A stretch of 64,000 bases of DNA from a candidate division BRC1 bacterium HGW-BRC1-1 (lineage in GTDB: Bacteria > Sumerlaeota > Sumerlaeia > Sumerlaeales > Sumerlaeaceae): the NCBI GenBank assembly GCA_002842095.1, contig PHCB01000011.1:96481-160480 (forward strand), read 5' to 3'. The first letter of the stretch is position 1. The number at the start of each line of letters is the position of its first letter. The notes beneath the pieces were generated by a model. It saw nothing but the letters and a program-made list of their open reading frames with translations, was not told the origin of the DNA and ran no database searches. The translations under genes were made by a program, and so were the position numbers. Positions 57,677 through 64,000 of this stretch are shown piece after piece.

Positions 57677-58978
57677 GTGATAAACGAGCGACTGTATCGG
57701 GATCCGGTCCACAACATCATCGCGCTCGATTGCAATAATCCCGATGACCTCATACTCATGCGCCTCATTGACACCCCCGAAATGCAACGCCTGCGTCGCA
57801 TCCGACAATTGGGGTTGGCCTCCTATGCCTATCAGGGCGCCGAGCATTCCCGGTTCACGCACTCCATCGGGGTTATGTGGATCGCCAACCGAATACTTGC
57901 ACGTCTCATGCAGGAACGCACTGTTTCACCCCGACTGGCTCTGGCAACCCGCTGTGCGGCCCTGCTGCACGACGTGGGCCACGGCCCCCTCTCGCACATT
58001 TTTGAATCCGTCCTCGGTGTGCATCATGAGGAATGGACCCGCCGCATTCTTCTCAACCGATCGAGCCAAATAAACGTAATCCTGCGCGAGGCATCACCCT
58101 CACTCCCCCGTGCGGTGATCGATGTAATCGAAGGCCGTGGCAATCCCCCGTTCTTATCACAAATCATATCATCGCAACTCGACGCCGATCGCTTCGATTA
58201 TCTGTTGCGGGATGGTTTGATGACGGGCGTGAAGTACGGGATTTACGACCTCGAACGCATTCTTCACATTCTACGCCTGGACAAAGCGGGCCGTCATATC
58301 GTCATCGCTTCCAACGGCGTTATGCCCGTGGAAAAATATCTGCAATCGCGCTACAGCATGTATCTGCAAGTTTACCTGCACAAAACCGTTCGAGCGAGCG
58401 AAACGATGCTGTCACGGTTGCTGCTCCGGGCCGGCGACCTTGCGCGGCAAAATAAACTGCCACTGGCCACCGATAACGAACCCCTCTCCCGGATGTTACG
58501 CGACGGTACTCAGGCATCCCTCGGCGATTTTCTGCTGGTTGATGACGATTCTGTTTACTCCCACATGAAACACTGGAGCAATTCCCCGGACCCAATTCTG
58601 CAAGATTTCTCCCGCCGACTCCTGGAACGTCGATTGTTCAAAACCATCGACATCACCCACACGCGGGGATTGCGTCGAAAGCTGCAATTGGCCCGGTCAG
58701 CACTGCGGGATGCGGGTCTCGACCCTCGTTATTATTTCATCGTGGACGAAAGCACCAACGTGCCCTACCGCCCCTACGACGCCCAGTCCCCCGAGACAAC
58801 CCGACACATCCTTGTGGAAGACAACAAGCATCCGAAGGGTACTCGCGACCTGCATGAAGTCTCCGAGGTCGTTCGTGGCCTGACCCGCGCGGCATTCACC
58901 ATTCGGCGGGCCATTTTCCCATCTGATGTCGACGGGTTCAATCTGCGTGAAAAAATGGACGAAATCTTTTCAGAATGA
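57677..58978 (+). CDS. HD-domain phosphohydrolase (SAMHD1/YdhJ-like, possible dNTP triphosphohydrolase)
   Basis: RDPVHNII, RLRRIRQLG, AEHSRFTHSIGV, LLHDVGHGPLSH and DADRFDYLLRD. I prefer the GTG at 57677 (VINERLYRDPVH). The track ORF starts at 57503, with an ATG at 57536, but that extension looks non-coding. Confidence 0.85.
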   Translation: MINERLYRDPVHNIIALDCNNPDDLILMRLIDTPEMQRLRRIRQLGLASYAYQGAEHSRFTHSIGVMWIANRILARLMQERTVSPRLALATRCAALLHDVGHGPLSHIFESVLGVHHEEWTRRILLNRSSQINVILREASPSLPRAVIDVIEGRGNPPFLSQIISSQLDADRFDYLLRDGLMTGVKYGIYDLERILHILRLDKAGRHIVIASNGVMPVEKYLQSRYSMYLQVYLHKTVRASETMLSRLLLRAGDLARQNKLPLATDNEPLSRMLRDGTQASLGDFLLVDDDSVYSHMKHWSNSPDPILQDFSRRLLERRLFKTIDITHTRGLRRKLQLARSALRDAGLDPRYYFIVDESTNVPYRPYDAQSPETTRHILVEDNKHPKGTRDLHEVSEVVRGLTRAAFTIRRAIFPSDVDGFNLREKMDEIFSE

Positions 58979-58999
58979 CCTTCGGCTTTCGGACAGAAT

Positions 59000-59194
59000 C
59001 TACTGCACTTCAATCTCCACCTGCAGGACATTAAACCCCTGTCCCGCATTTCGCTCGGCGTAAATTCTGGTCACTTCAAAAGAGGTCAGCGTTCCATGTT
59101 CCTCCTCCGCCTTGTGAATCATCGCCTGTCGGATGGCATCCTCCAAGGCGCGTTGAAATGACAGGTCCATCGCTTTTCCTGTGAACTGAGGCAT
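59000..59194 (-). CDS. Small hypothetical protein (64 aa), possibly a dodecin-like fold
   Basis: AGGAG lies upstream of the ATG. The pattern LSFQRALEDAIRQA...FEVTRIYAE...VLQVEIEV resembles small alpha+beta dodecin-type proteins. The call is weak. Confidence 0.5.
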   Translation of the reverse strand: MPQFTGKAMDLSFQRALEDAIRQAMIHKAEEEHGTLTSFEVTRIYAERNAGQGFNVLQVEIEVQ

Positions 59195-59287
59195 GGCTGC
59201 GACTCCTTTTCGATCACGTTAATACTAGGTTTATATTTCAGACAATCCATTGTGCAGATAAGAAACGAGATCGCAAGAGGTGTCATG

Positions 59288-59323
59288 AAAAAGGCCCGAC
59301 ACATCTCAGGGATGCATCGGGCC
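59288..59323 (-). terminator. Rho-independent terminator downstream of the GH20-like gene (minus strand)
   Basis: On the minus strand, GGCCCGA - 17-nt loop - TCGGGCC is followed by T5 (plus-strand A run at 59288-59292). Confidence 0.65.
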
Positions 59324-59365
59324 GGTTTGGCAGACTAATATCCACGGGATGTGGAAGGGTTCTTT

Positions 59366-62227
59366 TTATCGGGCCGAAGTTCCGCTCATGGCGAAGAGTA
59401 TCAGGCCACTGGCTTGTTGATTGGACTCGATACGCACAGAGCGCACTTTCTTGTCGGGGGTCGGATTGCGCCAGACGTATTGATGAAGAACCTTCGCGGG
59501 TTCTCCCACGGGAGTATCCTTCCAAATAGCCAACGAGGTGGCACTGACACGGGGATCATCCACAGCGAATATCGTTTGTCCGAGTTTCCAGTCGAAAGTG
59601 TCCGTGGTACCGTCGTCGAAGGTGACCACGGTCCTGGCAATGGGCGGATGAGTCGGACCCGCCAAAGTTGCGGCGGCAGCAAATCCGATGGAAGCAGCGG
59701 AACGACCAATGGGAATGGTAATAGCAGCTGGCCACTCGCCCTCGGGATTCATCTTGCCAGCCAGCAGCACTGCCTCCGGCGAACCCTTCTCACCCTGTAT
59801 TTCATAAGTGAAACGACCGAGGGGCTGTTTGCCGACGGGCAGATTTTCCATACCACTGACTCCTACGTTTCCGAGAAAATCCTTCTTTTCTCCAGCAACA
59901 GCTGTGAAGTTTACAGCTTTGCCGAGGTCGATGGTCCAACCCGCTCGCTCGCCTCTTGGCAGATCTGAACCCGACCACATACGGGCAAATTCTGTGCGAT
60001 AATCAAAATCCCATTTGTCATAGGATTTTTCCGCGCCAGTCCAGGAAGCTTCCGCAGCCAGGAAATACGCAGCGTATTGATCCTGATTTTCGTCAAAGGA
60101 TTCCTGACCGAAAGAATAACCCGCCCATGTCGTGTCGAGAATGCCGAGAGTCTGGCCCTTGCGGGGATTTCCCTCCTCATTCTTCACGTCTTTGGTGGCT
60201 TCCCATTGCAGACCCGCAGCGCGTGTAAAATTGACCACGTTGACGGGATCGAACCAAGGGCAGGCCAGAGCGTCGAAACCGGCATCGTTAAACATCTTCA
60301 AGCTGGGATGTTTTTCCACCGGTGCCGGACTGTAGTGCCAATCGGTAATAATTACGTCCTTCGGCAAACGGTCGCGACGCAACGTGGAAGTCTCCACGTC
60401 GGGGGCATGAGCCGCATCATCAGCCTCACCCGGGCCGATAAACAAATCGCCCCACAACATGGTGCGCACACCACGAGCATGGAGGAAATCATAATAGTGC
60501 ATGATGTCCCTCAGAATCAACTCGGTCGTGCCCACTTCTTTGTTCGCTTCCTTATTCGGGAAACCTTCCATGGTGATCTCATCGTGACCGATGTGCAGAA
60601 CGTTCGGCTTGAAGAAATCTAGGACCTCGATAAGAATCTTTTCCGTCAGTTCATAGACTTCAGGATTAGAGGGATCGTAGGCATAGGGGTGATTCGGATT
60701 ATCTGCGAGGTGACGATAAACCTTGTTGGCAATCAGCCACTCACTATGACCGAACAGATTGATGAGGGGCGTAATCTCGATCCCCTGACGAACGCACTCT
60801 TCCACTACTGCCCGCGCGTCCTCCTTCGACATGCCATATTTCTCGTGGTGAACCTTGCTTGTGGCGTCCCACATCACGTACTCGGACTGATAGCAGATGT
60901 TGTTGATTTTCAGTGCGCCGAGGATGTCGCGAACCATCTTCAACTGAAGTTCCCGGGCATCCTTGCCTGAGAAGAAGTGGATGCCACGATAAGGCATCGC
61001 GGGCCAGTCTTCAATCTCGCAGCCTCGCATGGAAATCTTGTCACCTTCACCGCGGACGAGCTGCTGAAGGGTCTTAACAGCGTTCATCAGACCGGCCGAG
61101 GTGTTGGCCGATGCGCTGACCGTATCGCCAATTTTGACCACGTACTGCTCTTGATTATCAGCCTCGGTGACGGAGACCGAACCGTCCTTACAGGATAAAA
61201 CGATTTGTTTGGGCGACGGCATTTCAGACATCTTAAGAGTCACCCCGAAGTTCTTCTTCACAAAGTTGATGAAGCCATCCGCCGCCGGTTGAATTTCATC
61301 AGAGTTGGCTGCCTCGATACGAATAGTCGTATCCACATTCAGCGAGAAATTGGATTTCGACCAGGCCACTTTTTTGGGTGTGGGGAAGATGCGGTCAGGC
61401 ATTTCAAGACGTGCAAGTACCCGTGCTTCGTCCCTGGGTTTCGCATCAACCTCGATACGCTTGGCGGCAGCAGCGCGAGCCGGCGGGAAACGGAATTCAA
61501 CGCTGTAGCTCAGCACCTCATTGGGTGTGAGTTTATGCTCCAGAATGCCGATCCAATAGTGAGGTGTGAGTGCATACTTGTGCGCACGATAATCCAGCAC
61601 ACACGGCTTGACCCCGCCCTTGGCAATAATCTCCAACGGCCCCATGCGGGTGTCGATGGTCATTTTATCAAAGTGCGAAGCAATGGCAGCACCCAGCATT
61701 TCGGCCTGTTTGGCCACGGCGGGAGCCACCGTGAAAGATGTCTTTGCATCGGGGCCGGAAACCGTGAAGGGACGTCCGGCCACCCAGGCCGGATTCATGC
61801 CGCCCATCTGGTGTTCAAAGCTTGCATGGGTTGTGGTGGTAACGAGGACGTCCACCCCCAACCGCACAACTCGTCCGGGCAACAGCTCCAGTGACTGAGA
61901 GGTGACAACGATGTTATCTGGACTGCTAAAGGTCATGTCAAACCGATCCCCACCGTCTGGGGTCTTGCTGCGTTTGGCTTTGGAAACCGCTTCTCTGGCA
62001 TCCGGATAACCGAACCAGCGCCCTTTCCAATCCTTCTTCACGACAAAAAAGGTGCTCGCGTTCACGAAAGGCAGGCCGTCCATCGTTATGACTGCTCCGG
62101 TTCCCGCTGTCATCCCAACGCGGATTCCCTCGCGCTCAGCCCCGATTGATGCGTTATCGTCTTGGGCAAAAGCAAACCCGGCACACAGTAAGATCATCGC
62201 TGCGGTTATAGTTTTTCGGATTTTCAA
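59366..62227 (-). CDS. Large secreted protein (953 aa) with a divergent GH20-like (beta-N-acetylhexosaminidase-like) TIM-barrel core
   Basis: Signal peptide MKIRKTITAAMILLCAGFAFA. The blocks WPAMPYRGIHFF, GIEITPLINLFGHSEW and NVLHIGHDEI parallel the GH20 blocks PRFxYRG, GIxVIPEIDxPGH and HxGGDE. Confidence 0.6.
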   Translation of the reverse strand: MKIRKTITAAMILLCAGFAFAQDDNASIGAEREGIRVGMTAGTGAVITMDGLPFVNASTFFVVKKDWKGRWFGYPDAREAVSKAKRSKTPDGGDRFDMTFSSPDNIVVTSQSLELLPGRVVRLGVDVLVTTTTHASFEHQMGGMNPAWVAGRPFTVSGPDAKTSFTVAPAVAKQAEMLGAAIASHFDKMTIDTRMGPLEIIAKGGVKPCVLDYRAHKYALTPHYWIGILEHKLTPNEVLSYSVEFRFPPARAAAAKRIEVDAKPRDEARVLARLEMPDRIFPTPKKVAWSKSNFSLNVDTTIRIEAANSDEIQPAADGFINFVKKNFGVTLKMSEMPSPKQIVLSCKDGSVSVTEADNQEQYVVKIGDTVSASANTSAGLMNAVKTLQQLVRGEGDKISMRGCEIEDWPAMPYRGIHFFSGKDARELQLKMVRDILGALKINNICYQSEYVMWDATSKVHHEKYGMSKEDARAVVEECVRQGIEITPLINLFGHSEWLIANKVYRHLADNPNHPYAYDPSNPEVYELTEKILIEVLDFFKPNVLHIGHDEITMEGFPNKEANKEVGTTELILRDIMHYYDFLHARGVRTMLWGDLFIGPGEADDAAHAPDVETSTLRRDRLPKDVIITDWHYSPAPVEKHPSLKMFNDAGFDALACPWFDPVNVVNFTRAAGLQWEATKDVKNEEGNPRKGQTLGILDTTWAGYSFGQESFDENQDQYAAYFLAAEASWTGAEKSYDKWDFDYRTEFARMWSGSDLPRGERAGWTIDLGKAVNFTAVAGEKKDFLGNVGVSGMENLPVGKQPLGRFTYEIQGEKGSPEAVLLAGKMNPEGEWPAAITIPIGRSAASIGFAAAATLAGPTHPPIARTVVTFDDGTTDTFDWKLGQTIFAVDDPRVSATSLAIWKDTPVGEPAKVLHQYVWRNPTPDKKVRSVRIESNQQASGLILFAMSGTSAR

Positions 62228-62366
62228 TCTTTACTCTCCGTCATGTTTTAGTGATCAGTTGGCCATCCACTGGTCGCAACCGGGCGTAGAAATGGCATTT
62301 GAACAGCAAACTGGAGAGGTGAAGATGTAGGCTCAAGCAATATCGTTCAGAACTGAAATAATCCCC

Positions 62367-63560
62367 TTAAAGCTTGTGCTGCCTGAGCTCTTCGAGGGAA
62401 TAAAACGAATCGCGCCACCGGATTCCACCCTTCCTGAGAGTGACTATCATGCTCCGAAGAACAGTCCAGGCGAACAACAGCGCACCAATGGGCAAGCTGA
62501 AAGCCAGCACGGGTGCCGTACGCGCCAGACGGGTTGCATTCCACCCCACCCACGGCTGGACTACCAGGGCCGTTATGGCGCACAACAGTCTCGCTTGCCA
62601 CGGGCCGAACCCCATCCCCAGCCACGGCCACAAATATGCAAACAGCATCAAGGAGACGGCCGCAACGGTCCGCCCCACGCTGTAGCCCAGACCCGCGAAG
62701 GCGTTTTTTTCCAACCCACGAATAGTCCCCGCGAGAGAATCCTGCCAGCGGATGTGAATCATATTGCGCCCCAGAGCCACACGCACACGCCCGCCGGCAT
62801 ATTTAATAATTTTACCGAGCCCTGCATCGTCCACAACCTGCAGCTTCAAAAAGCGGTGGCCCCCGCAACGTTCGTATAGCGAGCGCCGAACCATATTAAA
62901 AGCACCCACACCGACAAACTTGCTGGACCCCGCCTGCATCGCTTTCCACGGCGGAAAGGCCGTGACCAGCGCCTGCCCGAATACCAGAACCAGTGCTCCT
63001 TCGCCCAGCGAGTGGGTAATGAGGTCTGGAAAAACAACCAGCATGTCGGCCTCTTCTGCCTCCATGTGCCGCACGGCCCGCGAAAGTGATGTGGACTCGA
63101 ACCGCACATCACCATCGGTGAAGAGGATAAAATCGCCCTGGGCGCGCTTCGCACCCTCGGACATGGCATTGCATTTCCCCAGCCATCCGGGAGGGCAATC
63201 GGTCAGGTGAATCACCTCCAACAGTCCCCCACTTTTTGCGGCCCATTCATCGCCAATGGAACCGGTGGTATCCGTCGAACGATCATCAACGAGGATAATC
63301 TGCAGCGATCCCGGATAGTTTTGCGCCAGCAGACTTTCCAGACATCCACCGACAGCCTTCTCCTCGTTGCGCGCCGCGATGATAACGGTGAGGGATGACA
63401 GGGTGGGATCGACTTTGGGCGACTCCGCCGGCGGGAGATGTTCCAGATAAGGAATACGGTTCATGCCGCGAATCCCGCGGAGGGCCAGACCCAACCACGC
63501 CAGTGTTAGAATCGATGCAGTAATTGTTAAAAGCATTGCACGCCAACTACCACAATTCAC
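62367..63560 (-). CDS. Membrane-bound glycosyltransferase family 2 (HpnI / ceramide-glucosyltransferase-like layout)
   Basis: N-terminal TM, VIIAARNEEKAV, ILVDDRSTD, FTDGDV, an HIRWQ ((Q/R)xxRW-like) motif, and C-terminal TM helices. Confidence 0.85.
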   Translation of the reverse strand: MNCGSWRAMLLTITASILTLAWLGLALRGIRGMNRIPYLEHLPPAESPKVDPTLSSLTVIIAARNEEKAVGGCLESLLAQNYPGSLQIILVDDRSTDTTGSIGDEWAAKSGGLLEVIHLTDCPPGWLGKCNAMSEGAKRAQGDFILFTDGDVRFESTSLSRAVRHMEAEEADMLVVFPDLITHSLGEGALVLVFGQALVTAFPPWKAMQAGSSKFVGVGAFNMVRRSLYERCGGHRFLKLQVVDDAGLGKIIKYAGGRVRVALGRNMIHIRWQDSLAGTIRGLEKNAFAGLGYSVGRTVAAVSLMLFAYLWPWLGMGFGPWQARLLCAITALVVQPWVGWNATRLARTAPVLAFSLPIGALLFAWTVLRSMIVTLRKGGIRWRDSFYSLEELRQHKL

Positions 63561-63643
63561 GTCCTAAATGCCCGGGCAGAATTCTACCTTGGGAACCACG
63601 ACTAACGGTTGAATCTCTTCCTCTGTCTGACACAAACAAGTGC

Positions 63644-64000
63644 ATGCCCATGCAGCCGTCCCAACCTTCCAGCGAACCTGAGTTCAAACTTGATTTGGAC
63701 CCGGTCAAGCGACGCGAATTTGTCGCTTCGTGCAACGACCGCCTGATCACCGCCCGCAACCACCACATGCAACTGTGCCTCGAAGGAGGCGGCATCGACA
63801 GTTGCCGCCAGCTGACCACCGAGGTGGACGCCATCATGAAATCGGTTTATGACTGGCTCGTGGAGGAGGCCTGCCTAGACTCCGCCGATTGCGATCGCAT
63901 CGCTGTTATTGCGCAAGGCGGATACGGTCGCGCCGTGCTGAACCTCCACTCAGATGTCGATGTGCTCTTCCTCATGCCCGAAAATTCGCGTCCCAGCGAG
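63644..64000 (+). CDS. glnD: [Protein-PII] uridylyltransferase-like nucleotidyltransferase, N-terminal fragment (continues beyond the window)
   Basis: My own translation from the ATG at 63644 gives MPMQPSQ...IAVIAQGGYGRAVLNLHSDVDVLFLMP, matching the GlnD/GlnE nucleotidyltransferase motif GGYGR-x-EL-x-P-x-SD-[IV]-D-[LV]-L. The frame is open to nt 64000. Confidence 0.65.
   Translation, partial: MPMQPSQPSSEPEFKLDLDPVKRREFVASCNDRLITARNHHMQLCLEGGGIDSCRQLTTEVDAIMKSVYDWLVEEACLDSADCDRIAVIAQGGYGRAVLNLHSDVDVLFLMPENSRPSE

Noticed and set aside
57677-58978. HD-domain dNTPase-like gene as an anti-phage dGTPase defence gene
   Set aside because: It is a single gene in a housekeeping context. There are no neighbouring defence or mobile genes and no compositional anomaly, so it is more likely the conserved YdhJ/SAMHD1-like housekeeping enzyme.
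60077-61894. Several 180-230-aa plus-strand ORFs inside the GH20-like gene
   Set aside because: They are fragmented, mutually out of frame and antisense to one continuous 953-aa ORF that has a signal peptide and conserved blocks.
1-64000. CRISPR arrays, transposases, integrases, prophage or toxin-antitoxin modules
   Set aside because: I saw no regularly spaced direct repeats and no ORFs with DDE, tyrosine- or serine-recombinase or phage structural signatures. The window reads as core chromosome.

Overview
This 64-kb window is a densely packed core region of a moderately GC-rich bacterial chromosome. The cell is probably diderm, given lgt, murG, a GspG-type pseudopilin, a beta-barrel porin and many lipoproteins. 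I support about 60 CDS, one tRNA-Leu(CAA) and a few rho-independent terminators. I saw no rRNA, CRISPR array, transposase, integrase or prophage signature.

Most genes are housekeeping:
- Replication: dnaA and dnaB, about 32 kb apart.
- Envelope and lipid: lgt, murG, pgsA, plsC, a WecA/MraY-family transferase, a PAP2_C phosphotransferase, an M23 peptidase and several glycosyltransferases.
- Metabolism: thrB, prs, rpe, thiD, alr, pepA and the start of glnD.
- RNA modification: trmB and rsmD.
- Chaperones: an Hsp70 with a dedicated J-protein, and cbpA.
- Other: an M16 peptidase pair, rubrerythrin, an orphan sigma54-type response regulator, two tandem CNNM/CorC genes, an HD phosphohydrolase and a large GH20-like protein.

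Operons are tight, with many 1-4 nt stop/start overlaps, and TTG/GTG starts are frequent.

I did not find a convincing self-contained novel multi-gene system. The observations most worth a second look are:
- A DnaA-box cluster plus an AT-rich tract upstream of dnaB, while the long gap upstream of dnaA is box-poor and dnaN is absent.
- A membrane-protein / J-TPR / Hsp70 operon.
- AMMECR1 translationally coupled to a leaderless phosphodiester-glycosidase-domain protein.
- An orphan ThiH/HydG-like radical SAM gene.
- An AUR1/SMS-like PAP2_C gene next to lipid genes.

All functional calls come from motif recognition by eye in the supplied translations. No database search was run.
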